In this document: positions 48,551-57,300 of the stretch, one piece after another
Layout of the letters: every line of letters starts with the position of its first letter
How positions within the stretch are numbered: the first letter of the stretch is position 1
Assembly (NCBI GenBank): GCA_944325155.1
Contig: CALUYY010000003.1
Location: 90,257-154,256, forward strand
From: Candidatus Gastranaerophilales bacterium
Lineage (GTDB): Bacteria > Cyanobacteriota > Vampirovibrionia > Gastranaerophilales > Gastranaerophilaceae
Direction of reading: 5' to 3'
Length of the DNA stretch: 64,000 bases
Position numbers and translations under genes: made by a program
The notes under the pieces: generated by a model
What the model was told of the DNA's origin: nothing
What the model saw: the letters and a program-made list of their open reading frames with translations, nothing else
The model's database searches: none

Positions 48551-49102
48551 TTATTTAACTACCTGAATGGCTGTTTCCGTTACCTGTTCGGAGGGTTTTG
48601 ATAATTTGGCGCTTATTGCCATTTTAACTTTATTTAAGCCTTCACCTGCTTTTGTTTTTAATTCGCCCGCTTTGCCTTTAACCGTGTTAAATATTTCTCC
48701 GCCTCTGACCTTTGCTTTGCTTAAAGCTTCGCCGGCTTCTTTATTAATTACTTTTGAACCGTCTTTAACAAGATCTTTTAAGTGTTTGAAGCCTTCCTGA
48801 ACGGCTTTTGAATTTTTAGCGCCCTGTCCTTTGCCCGTTACAAACGCAAGAGCGGTTGCGCCGAGTGCAAGTGCCGCAGTTACAATTGCCGTTGTTCTTA
48901 TTTTTTCTTTTGTTTCATCCGATTGTTTTTCAATAACATCATGTGCCAAAACTGCCGCAGGGCCTGTAAGCACAACACCCAGTAGCGCTTTTTGTGCCGC
49001 TGATAAATCTTTTATTTTATCAATAGTGGTTTTACCGTTTTTATCGGGAATATTAATTATTTCAGCACCTTTTCCCGCAATTCCGCCAACTTCAATAGAC
49101 AT
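48551..49102 (-). CDS. hypothetical membrane protein with Lys/Gly/Ala-rich amphipathic tail (183 aa)
   Basis: Start taken at ATG 49102 (MSIEVGGIAGKG) with GGAAAGG upstream; the ORF track starts 3 codons earlier at TTG. Two hydrophobic segments, then a K/G/A/E-rich tail. Plus-strand ORFs over the same DNA look like shadows. Confidence 0.55.
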   Translation of the reverse strand: MSIEVGGIAGKGAEIINIPDKNGKTTIDKIKDLSAAQKALLGVVLTGPAAVLAHDVIEKQSDETKEKIRTTAIVTAALALGATALAFVTGKGQGAKNSKAVQEGFKHLKDLVKDGSKVINKEAGEALSKAKVRGGEIFNTVKGKAGELKTKAGEGLNKVKMAISAKLSKPSEQVTETAIQVVK

Positions 49103-49208
49103 AAAATCCAACCTTTCCGTAAATACTTATATACTGATTAATAATTTCATACTATCTATTTTTAATAAGATTTTTCGGGTCGGATAATTGCCGTTTTTTT
49201 CTATATTG

Positions 49209-50105
49209 TTAAGTTTTGTTACTTGATTTTGAATGAAACTGCGCAACAAAAACCGCCATAAACATTAAAACACACCCTGTTGCTTCTTTTATCGTTAATG
49301 TTTCATTTAATATTAAAAATCCCGCAAGAACCGCAAAAACAGACTCCAAACTTAAAATTAAAGATGCAATATAAGGTCTTACATTTTTCTGGGCCTTGAT
49401 TTGAAGAGTATACGCAACGGCACAGGATAAAACGCCGGCATAAAATAATTCTTTTAAACAGCTATAAATATCGGTTATTTTTGTCTGTTCAAAAATCAGA
49501 CCCAATATTGTTGCAAAAATTCCCGCAAAGAAAAATTGCAGACACGATAATTTAATTGAATCAACCTTTTTTGCATATTTACTTATACACATAATATGAA
49601 GCGCAAAAAATACGGCGGAAAAAAGAATAATTAAATCTCCCTTTCCGATACCGAATGCGCCGTTAACACAAAGAAGATAAAGCCCTATAAGAGCCAAAAT
49701 AACACCAATCCAAACGTATCTTGTAACTCTCTTACCCGAAATCAACGAAAACAAAGGAACCAAAACTATATATAATGATGTTATAAACCCTGCTTTGCCC
49801 GCCGTTGAATCAACAATTCCTATTTGCTGCAAAGTGGTTGCAAGAAACAATAAAACGCCCGCAATAATCGAACCTTCGACCAGATTTTTTCTGTTCTTTG
49901 AAGGTTTATTTGAAATCTTACCGTGCTTTATAACAAGACTTAATAAAAATAAGGACAAAGACCCGAAAAGACACCTTAGTCCGTTAAACATAAAAGGCCC
50001 CAAAAAATCCATTGCAGACTTTTGCGCAACAAAAGTAACGCCCCAGATAAAAGCCGTTACAAAAAGCATTATGTTTGCTCTTAACCTTATTAAATTAAAT
50101 TTCAT
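49209..50105 (-). CDS. EamA/DMT-family transporter
   Basis: 298 aa, about 10 TM helices in two EamA-like halves (FIWGVTFVAQK ...). Confidence 0.8.
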   Translation of the reverse strand: MKFNLIRLRANIMLFVTAFIWGVTFVAQKSAMDFLGPFMFNGLRCLFGSLSLFLLSLVIKHGKISNKPSKNRKNLVEGSIIAGVLLFLATTLQQIGIVDSTAGKAGFITSLYIVLVPLFSLISGKRVTRYVWIGVILALIGLYLLCVNGAFGIGKGDLIILFSAVFFALHIMCISKYAKKVDSIKLSCLQFFFAGIFATILGLIFEQTKITDIYSCLKELFYAGVLSCAVAYTLQIKAQKNVRPYIASLILSLESVFAVLAGFLILNETLTIKEATGCVLMFMAVFVAQFHSKSSNKT

Positions 50106-51316
50106 TATTTGTTATATTCTGTAAAAAATTCTTCAATAAAATTATATCCCTTTTTCAAAGACTCTATATTTATCTTCTCTTCATTCGAATGCATTCCGTA
50201 AATATCCGCAATCCCGACAAGGACGGGACGAAAGACTACATTATTTTTATTTTTCTTATTTGCATAAATATGAGTTTCGGCACCCGCATGGAATGAGCTT
50301 ATTTTAACTTCGATATTGGCGTTTTTTGCCGCCCTTTTTGCGGTTTCAATCGTTTTATTATCATTTGATTTGTTGAAAATGGGAAGATGTTCTTCAATTT
50401 CAATTGAAGCTTCGGCAAGACCGTAATATTTTTTATTAAATTCTTTTATAATATTTTTAATTTCATCAATTAATTCATTCTCAAAATCTTTATCCGAGCT
50501 TCTTATTGAATAATGAGCGTATCCTTTTGTATTTATGATATTTGACATTGATTTATGACACACAAATTCTGCCGCATCGGATCTTTGAATTTTATTTTCA
50601 ACCGCCGCATAAATTGAATTATCAACTCCGCCCGCAACGATTGAACCTAAATTAATTGAAGTTATAACGCCAAGTTCGTTTGATTTATAAACACCGGAAG
50701 GTATCAAACCGACAAGCTCCGCCGTTAAGTTTGCGGCGTTTAACCTTGTTTTATCCGCTATATCAAGCCCGCTGTGCCCGCCTTTTTTTGCATGAACCGA
50801 AACGGTTAATTTGGTGTATCCTGCGCCCGATACTTCAAAATTGCCCAATTTATCGGAATCCAAAACAAGTATGTCTTCAGAATTTAATTCGTCAAATTTA
50901 ACGTTTTCAATTCCCGTCATTGAATATTCTTCATCTTTTGTAAAAACAAACTCAACTCCGCCGTGGGGAATAAACAATTTATCTTTAAGGCTCATTGCAA
51001 GCTTCATTATAACGGCAACGCCCGATTTATCGTCGGCGCCAAGCGTTCTTTTTTTGTCCGTTTCAATAAAACCGTCTTTATATATAAGATTCGGAACCGT
51101 ATCATCACCGACAACATCCATATGTGCGGATAACATCAAGGGCTTTTTGTTTTCATCCGTTGCCTCTATTTTGCCGATAACGTTTCCGTATGAATCTTTT
51201 TTAACGGCAATTCCTTTTGAACTTAAAATTTCAATAATTTTATCCGCAACTTTTTCTTCATGAAGCGAAGGAGAAGGTGTTTTAACCAGAGTTTCAAAAA
51301 TTTCAATAAGTTCCAT
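50105..51316 (-). CDS. M20-family metallopeptidase, peptidase-T-like
   Basis: 403 aa. PSPSLHEEKV, LSAHMDVV, GADDKSGVAV and TKDEE metal-ligand motifs. Confidence 0.8.
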   Translation of the reverse strand: MELIEIFETLVKTPSPSLHEEKVADKIIEILSSKGIAVKKDSYGNVIGKIEATDENKKPLMLSAHMDVVGDDTVPNLIYKDGFIETDKKRTLGADDKSGVAVIMKLAMSLKDKLFIPHGGVEFVFTKDEEYSMTGIENVKFDELNSEDILVLDSDKLGNFEVSGAGYTKLTVSVHAKKGGHSGLDIADKTRLNAANLTAELVGLIPSGVYKSNELGVITSINLGSIVAGGVDNSIYAAVENKIQRSDAAEFVCHKSMSNIINTKGYAHYSIRSSDKDFENELIDEIKNIIKEFNKKYYGLAEASIEIEEHLPIFNKSNDNKTIETAKRAAKNANIEVKISSFHAGAETHIYANKKNKNNVVFRPVLVGIADIYGMHSNEEKINIESLKKGYNFIEEFFTEYNK

Positions 51317-51328
51317 AATTTTATATCC

Positions 51329-53434
51329 TTATTTTTCCCTAAATATGCAAGCACTGTACGGTTCAAGCTCATAAGAAGATAGTTTATAAGCTTTTCCTTT
51401 TAAATTTATAAAATCTTTTTTTGTGTCGGCTATTAAATGCCAGATTTTATTTTTTTGGTTTTTCGGAAACGTAAGCTTTATTTTATTTATATCTTTTGAA
51501 ATTGCAATATAATAATTTCCTTCATCATTGTTTACTTTAAAGCAGATTATGTTTGAAGCGTTATTTTTCCAGTATGATTCGTCAAAATCATTTACTTTGG
51601 AAGCGGACGGATAATAATATTCTATATTTTTAACATAATCAATGTCTGAAAATATTTTATTTTCTTTTCTGAATTTAATTAAATTTTTAATATATAAGCT
51701 TAATTTTTCTTTTCTTTTATCAAGTTTATAATTAATCCAGTTTGTTTTGTCATCCAGATTATAACTGTTATTATTGCCCGATTTTGAATGAAGGAAAATA
51801 TCCCCGAATTGAACCATCGGAATTCCGTATGAAACCATTAAAATTAAAATTTGTTTTCTTATTGCGTTATCCTGTTCAACCGTATTGCCGTCATACTTTG
51901 AACATAATTCGCCGATAAAGCCGCCTTTGGTATCCGGGTTCGGTTTATCGTATGTATTTAAGTCAAACAAACTGTACCCGTCATGACAGGATACATAGTT
52001 TATGCTTCTTAATTTTGTTGAAAATTTCTGCGGGGTCCCTTCTATAACATTTTTCATCATATAAGGATTAACATTATTCGGACGGGCGGTTATAAGCCTT
52101 ATGGTATCTCTTGATACATCGTTCCATTCGGCAAAATAATCGGGAAAATTTCCGAGCTGATAATTATAAGCACCCGAGCACATCCAAGGCTCCGCTATCA
52201 AATTAACCCCGTCAATTGAATCTTCATGGGGCAGATTAATTTTATGCCCGGCTTCTTCAAGGCGTTTTTTAAAATATTGGAGCATTCCGCCGTTTTTATC
52301 ATACATGGCATACCCTGAAGACGACGTATCCATTAGAGTAACGGCTAAATCAAACCGAAAAGCGTCAACTCCCTGATTAATCCAAAAACTTATCGAATTA
52401 ATTATTAAGTCGGAAGTTATTTTATTTATTGTGTTTAAATCGTTAGAACACCCTGAATGGTTTGTATAATGGGCGTTTTGTGCAAGTTTATAATAATTTG
52501 AATTATCAATAAGAGCGTATGAAAATAAATTGGCATCTTCATTATCCCCGTATATTCGCGCTTCGCCCGTATGGTTGTATACAACATCCATACAAACTTT
52601 AATGTCGTTTTTATGAAACTCGTTTATTAAATTCCGAAATTCATATAAAGCACCGTAAGGGTCTTTGGATGATGAAAATTGTTTTTTAATTGCAAAATAA
52701 TTTAAGGGCATATAACCCCAGTGGTTTGCACCCCCTTCATAAGAATCAAACTCCTGAAGGGGCAAAAATTCAACCATCGTAACGCCGGTTTGTTTTATAA
52801 ATTTTGCAAATTTAGCCGCAGCCTTATACGTTCCTTTTGAATCAATTTTAACAAGCCTTGTTAAATCTTTAAGGTGTACTTCCGCTATAATTTCATCTTT
52901 CAGCGCTCTTTTGGAAGTTTTTTTTATTTTTTGCTCTTTAATTAAAGTAAATGTTGTCTTGGGCGCAATTTTTGAATTATCAAGCAAAAATTTCTGTCCG
53001 CCCGAGCGAAAAGCGGTCATATCCGATGAAACGCTTGAATGACAATGTGATAATTCAATACTGTACGGGTCGTATGCAAGTTTATTCGGGTTAAATCTGT
53101 CGCCGTCCGAATTTAATCTTGAAATAAACCCTATGTCAGACCCCGGCTTATATTCTTTTGATTTGGGAAAATTCTTCCCGAAAACTCTGTAACCGTACCA
53201 GAAAACTTTTCCGTATTTAAAAAGTTTTTTCTTTTGGATTGAAGCATAAAAAATATTTTCCCTTTTTTCCATCTCGATTTCCAAAAAGGAAATATCGCCG
53301 ACGGGCTTTTTAAAGATGCATAAAACAACATTTTGCGCACTTTCGGATTCAAGCTTAAATTCGACTTCTTTTGTTTTATCGTTATAGCTTGCGCCCAAAG
53401 ACATATAAGAATTTGTTTTTATGTGTTTATTCAT
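51329..53434 (-). CDS. glgX: glycogen debranching enzyme (GH13 isoamylase/GlgX type)
   Basis: 701 aa. N-terminal CBM48-like domain. GH13 conserved regions DVVYNHT, GVDAFRFDLA, IAEPW and YVSCHDG. Confidence 0.88.
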   Translation of the reverse strand: MNKHIKTNSYMSLGASYNDKTKEVEFKLESESAQNVVLCIFKKPVGDISFLEIEMEKRENIFYASIQKKKLFKYGKVFWYGYRVFGKNFPKSKEYKPGSDIGFISRLNSDGDRFNPNKLAYDPYSIELSHCHSSVSSDMTAFRSGGQKFLLDNSKIAPKTTFTLIKEQKIKKTSKRALKDEIIAEVHLKDLTRLVKIDSKGTYKAAAKFAKFIKQTGVTMVEFLPLQEFDSYEGGANHWGYMPLNYFAIKKQFSSSKDPYGALYEFRNLINEFHKNDIKVCMDVVYNHTGEARIYGDNEDANLFSYALIDNSNYYKLAQNAHYTNHSGCSNDLNTINKITSDLIINSISFWINQGVDAFRFDLAVTLMDTSSSGYAMYDKNGGMLQYFKKRLEEAGHKINLPHEDSIDGVNLIAEPWMCSGAYNYQLGNFPDYFAEWNDVSRDTIRLITARPNNVNPYMMKNVIEGTPQKFSTKLRSINYVSCHDGYSLFDLNTYDKPNPDTKGGFIGELCSKYDGNTVEQDNAIRKQILILMVSYGIPMVQFGDIFLHSKSGNNNSYNLDDKTNWINYKLDKRKEKLSLYIKNLIKFRKENKIFSDIDYVKNIEYYYPSASKVNDFDESYWKNNASNIICFKVNNDEGNYYIAISKDINKIKLTFPKNQKNKIWHLIADTKKDFINLKGKAYKLSSYELEPYSACIFREK

Positions 53435-54705
53435 TATTTATGCAAAGGATTAATTACTATGCCCGATAAAAGTTTCGGGTAAAAATAAGTTGATTTTTGA
53501 GGCATTCTGTATCCGTTAGATGAAACGTCTTTAATATCTTTCATCTTGGGATATGCCATAATAAAGCTTGCGGACGCTTTATTATTATCAATTGCATCAA
53601 ATGCTTCAAATTCCTGTTTGATATATTTTATGCCGTCCTGTGCCATTTGTTCTTCTTTTGTATAATTTAATTCTTTTGTAATAATAAGTTCATGCAAAAC
53701 AACAAGGTCCAGTTTCTTTAAAACATCTGGTGCATCGATTAAATCGGTCATTTTATCTTTTAATTTCAAAATATAAAATGCCCTTTCGCCTTTAAGGTAA
53801 AGCCCCGTTGTAATTTTTTGTTTATTTGAAATTTCTATCATCTCAAGAAATTCTTTTTTGACTTCGTCTTTGTTTGTATCATCAAACGGAAGCTTTTCAA
53901 TATCATAATATTTTTCAACCGCAGCTTTAATATCTTTCGGACTGATATCTTTTGTAATTATTCTGTGTGTCGGAAATATTATTAAATTGTCATCTTCCGA
54001 ATTTGTAAAATAGCTCATAACATATTGGGCTTCCGGATCATCGCATTCTTTTGAATAGTTCATTGCGGTTTCGTATCTGTGATGTCCGTCCGCAATTAAA
54101 AGAGTTTTATCGGATAATGTGTCTTGTATTATTTTAATATCGTTTTCATCATCTATTAAATAAACAATATGTTCCACATTATTATCATCAACAACGTCAA
54201 TAAAAGGTTTTTGGCTTAAATATTTCTCTGCAACCTTATTTTCTATTGTCATTTCAGGGTCCGAATATACCATAAAAATCTGGCTTAAATTTGCTTTTAT
54301 CGCTTTAGTTAATTTTAATCTGTCCGCTTTCGGCCCGCCCATTGTATATTCATGGGGTAAAACTTTTTTGGATTCAAAACTTTCAATTTTATTTCTTGCA
54401 ATAAAACCTTTTCTTTCAATTTTTCTGCCCGATTCGGTTGTATATTTTTGAACCATATAAAAAATCGAAGGTTTTTTTGTTTTAATTAAAACACCCTCTA
54501 AAAGCCACTTTTCATAAAAGTTTTTAGCGTCTTCATATCTGTTATCGCCCTTTGTTAAAATTAATCTTACGATGTTAAAAGGGTCTCTTTCATACAAAGT
54601 ATCCTGATAATCACTTGTTATAACATCATACGGCGGAGCAACAACCTTATCGGTATCAACAATTTCCTGATTATAAACAATTGCGTTAATAGGTTTTATT
54701 TCCAA
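53434..54705 (-). CDS. DUF1015-domain protein
   Basis: 423 aa. VVAPPYDVI near the N-terminus and the signature LIADGHHRYETA. Confidence 0.8.
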   Translation of the reverse strand: MEIKPINAIVYNQEIVDTDKVVAPPYDVITSDYQDTLYERDPFNIVRLILTKGDNRYEDAKNFYEKWLLEGVLIKTKKPSIFYMVQKYTTESGRKIERKGFIARNKIESFESKKVLPHEYTMGGPKADRLKLTKAIKANLSQIFMVYSDPEMTIENKVAEKYLSQKPFIDVVDDNNVEHIVYLIDDENDIKIIQDTLSDKTLLIADGHHRYETAMNYSKECDDPEAQYVMSYFTNSEDDNLIIFPTHRIITKDISPKDIKAAVEKYYDIEKLPFDDTNKDEVKKEFLEMIEISNKQKITTGLYLKGERAFYILKLKDKMTDLIDAPDVLKKLDLVVLHELIITKELNYTKEEQMAQDGIKYIKQEFEAFDAIDNNKASASFIMAYPKMKDIKDVSSNGYRMPQKSTYFYPKLLSGIVINPLHK

Positions 54706-54854
54706 TTTTATTCTCCTTTATAAACATTTTTTATATCTATGATTGTAGTTTAAAGAGTTTTTGGTGTAAACAAATATTAAATTTTATAAATAACGGGCAA
54801 TTTTATATATCAAAAATACTTTATTAGAATAAGAAGGTATAGAAGGTAGTATAA

Positions 54855-55550
54855 ATGGGTGTAGTTTCATCAACATTATTTGCTGCAAGAAATGCGGACA
54901 AATGCGCTCATCAGGGAGAATCGACAAGGGGTGCGGTTGCTCTTTGCCAATCCGTAAGCTCTGTTGACGGTGCTTCCAATTCTGCCGCTTCAATATTTTC
55001 GGGACTAACCAAAAACACGGGTAATGCCCTGAGAAAACTCGACGGCGCAATAGATAATATTTTTGCAAAATTCAATAAAACAGACTGTCTTGATGACATT
55101 ATGTCGACAACCGGCGCAAACAGCAAAATAGGAGCACTGGCTCAAAAAGCGGTTAATCCGCTTTTATGCGTTGCGGCAGGGGTCAGGGTTTTAAATGATG
55201 AAGACCAGTATGCGGCTTTAATTGAAGAAACGGCAGCAATGAGCACAATGTTCGGTGCGGAATCTTTAATGAAATATTTAAGAAGCTCAATAACCGGTTC
55301 AACACAGGCAACAAAAGGTCTGGCGGGTGCGGTTGCAAAAACCGCATCAAAAAGCGGCACATTAACAAAAGCTCTGTCAAGCGCACAAAAATGGTTTAAT
55401 AACCTCGGAACGACAACAAACGGAAGCGCAAAGCAGACTCTTGTAAAAGTCGGGCTTGATGTATTATTTGTAGGCGGTTCGATACTTGCATACAATTTGG
55501 GAAAAGATTTAGGCGAAAAGCTGAGCCATAGAGATACAAAGGAAGCTTAA
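54855..55550 (+). CDS. Ala/Ser/Thr/Gly-rich hypothetical membrane protein (231 aa)
   Basis: GAAGG upstream of the ATG. Hydrophobic hairpin region AQKAVNPLLCVAAGVRVLNDEDQ...AAMSTMFGA and a C-terminal TM (VGLDVLFVGGSILAY). The antisense ORFs look like shadows. Confidence 0.55.
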   Translation: MGVVSSTLFAARNADKCAHQGESTRGAVALCQSVSSVDGASNSAASIFSGLTKNTGNALRKLDGAIDNIFAKFNKTDCLDDIMSTTGANSKIGALAQKAVNPLLCVAAGVRVLNDEDQYAALIEETAAMSTMFGAESLMKYLRSSITGSTQATKGLAGAVAKTASKSGTLTKALSSAQKWFNNLGTTTNGSAKQTLVKVGLDVLFVGGSILAYNLGKDLGEKLSHRDTKEA

Positions 55551-55590
55551 AAAACAACACCATTTCAAAACTATCCGACGCAGCAATCTT

Positions 55591-55629
55591 TAATGAACCT
55601 TTAATAAAATTAAGGGTTCATTAATTTTT
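55591..55629 (+). terminator. rho-independent terminator after the 231-aa ORF
   Basis: TAATGAACCTTTAA - loop - TTAAGGGTTCATTA followed by ATTTTT. Confidence 0.65.
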
Positions 55630-55723
55630 GTTAAACAAAAATAAAAAATATGCAAATAAATGACATTTTGCGGTTTATATAATAAACACATTTTATAAGA
55701 GATTTATATTAAAGAGAAGGTAA

Positions 55724-56296
55724 ATGAGGGTAACGGCTTTAAACAATACCGTATCTTTATGCCGTATGCAAAAAGATACCGTATCGGGCAAAAATGAATT
55801 TGCATTCGGCGCCGAAAGCAAAGCTTCTTCAAACGAAAAGAAGCCGAAACTTCCGTGGGAAAAAATAATAACCGGAAGTATTTTATTCCTTGCCGCCGCT
55901 TCAATTTATTATTCCAAAAAAAATCCCGTGAAAAAACAAATTCAAAAAGAATATGAAAAAATTTTCAGCTCAAATAATATTGAAAAAAGAGTATTTCCGG
56001 CAATTCCGAAAAGAGATGAAGTAATAATATCCGAAGCAATAAAAGGAAACAATAGAGCCGTTAAACTTTTTCCGACGCTTAAAACCGAAAATCCGGAAGC
56101 CGTAGTTTATACATCAAGGATAAAAAGTAAAATAGAAAGAAATGAAGCAATGCTTAAAGAAGGGTGTTTCAGAACATGCACCCCCAAGCGCAGCGAAGAA
56201 GAAGTTCTTTCGGACCAGCAAAAAAATCTGAAAAAATTAAAAGCTAAATTTAACTTTCTGCATAAGAAATATGTTTTGCCTTTAACTCAAAACTAA
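55724..56296 (+). CDS. hypothetical single-TM protein (190 aa)
   Basis: GAGAAGG RBS. MRVTALNNTVSL N-terminus, FAFGA motif, one TM (IITGSILFLAAASIYY), Lys-rich C-terminal domain. Confidence 0.55.
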   Translation: MRVTALNNTVSLCRMQKDTVSGKNEFAFGAESKASSNEKKPKLPWEKIITGSILFLAAASIYYSKKNPVKKQIQKEYEKIFSSNNIEKRVFPAIPKRDEVIISEAIKGNNRAVKLFPTLKTENPEAVVYTSRIKSKIERNEAMLKEGCFRTCTPKRSEEEVLSDQQKNLKKLKAKFNFLHKKYVLPLTQN

Positions 56297-57300
56297 CGGT
56301 AAACTCTTACCGCTTTTTCGACTTTATCCAAAACTTCTCTTGCTTTTATCCGTGCTTTTTTAGAACCTTCAACTATAATTTCGTTAACAAGAGATAAATT
56401 ATTTTCATAATATTTTCTTTTTTCTCTGACATCTGCCATTTTTTCATTTACTTTTTTTGCAAGACATCTTTTGCAATCGGCGCAGCCTATCAGGCCTTTT
56501 TCGCAATTACATTTAATCTCGTTAACTTCTTCATTGTTTCCGAATATTTTCCAATAAGGATATACAACTTCGCACTCATCGGGGTGTCCCAGATCGGTTT
56601 TTCTTAATCTGGAGCGGTCGGTTATTGCGGTCATTATCTTTTTGGTTGTAGTTTCTTCATCATCTGAAATTTTTATATCATTATGGAAAGATTTGCCCAT
56701 TTTATTTCCGTCCATCCCTTTAAGAAGAGGAATTTCCGTTAATTTGGGCCGGGGTTCTTTTAAGATATCGGTTTTATAGATATTATTAAATCTTCTTGCA
56801 ATATCCCTTGTAATTTCAATGTGCGCAACCTGATCAATCCCGACCGGCACATAATCCGCATCAAAATTAAGAATATCGGCAGACATTAAAATGGGATATC
56901 CTATAAGCCCGTATGACAAAGATTCTTCGTTTGAACCTTTTTCTTTCATGATTTTAACCATATCTTTTAAGGTAGGGTCCCGCTCCGCCCAGTTTTGAGG
57001 CGTTACCATACTGAGATATATATGCAGCATGGCGGTTTCCGGAATTAAAGATTGCAGATAAACTTTGGATTTATCGGGGTCAATCCCTGAGGCAAACCAA
57101 TCAAGAAGAACTTCCGTCGTATTTTGTTTTAATGTGTCTGTTTCGTCAAATTTTGTCGTAAGCGCATGCCAGTCGGCAACGCCGTAATAACAGTCGTTAT
57201 CATCCTGAAGTTTAACCCAGTTGGTTAAAACCCCGAGATAATGTCCTAAGTGTAATTTTCCCGTCGGACGCATTAAAGACAAAATACTTTTTTTACTCAT
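56293..57300 (-). CDS. trpS: tryptophan--tRNA ligase with C-x22-C-x6-C-x2-C (iron-sulfur type) motif
   Basis: 335 aa. HIGH-type motif TGKLHLGHY, KMSKS-type motif KMGKS, Cys cluster DECEV...KCNCEKGLIGCADCKRC. Confidence 0.93.
   Translation of the reverse strand: MSKKSILSLMRPTGKLHLGHYLGVLTNWVKLQDDNDCYYGVADWHALTTKFDETDTLKQNTTEVLLDWFASGIDPDKSKVYLQSLIPETAMLHIYLSMVTPQNWAERDPTLKDMVKIMKEKGSNEESLSYGLIGYPILMSADILNFDADYVPVGIDQVAHIEITRDIARRFNNIYKTDILKEPRPKLTEIPLLKGMDGNKMGKSFHNDIKISDDEETTTKKIMTAITDRSRLRKTDLGHPDECEVVYPYWKIFGNNEEVNEIKCNCEKGLIGCADCKRCLAKKVNEKMADVREKRKYYENNLSLVNEIIVEGSKKARIKAREVLDKVEKAVRVYR
56297..56318 (+). terminator. terminator of the 190-aa ORF embedded in the 3-prime coding end of convergent trpS
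   Basis: CGGTAA-ACTC-TTACCG-C-TTTTT. The two convergent CDSs overlap by 4 nt. Confidence 0.5.

Noticed and set aside
48567-49187. Plus-strand ORFs 48567..48800 and 48831..49187 as alternatives to the minus-strand 183-aa gene.
   Set aside because: Their translations are Ser/Pro/Ala/Phe-rich shadow-like sequence without RBS. The minus-strand ORF has a GGAAAGG RBS, a terminator and genome-typical Lys/Glu/Ala composition.
54784-55068. Minus-strand 94-aa ORF overlapping the start of the 54855 gene.
   Set aside because: It is rich in Arg/Cys/Pro/His, unlike every confident protein here. It has no RBS and would run into the DUF1015 promoter region.
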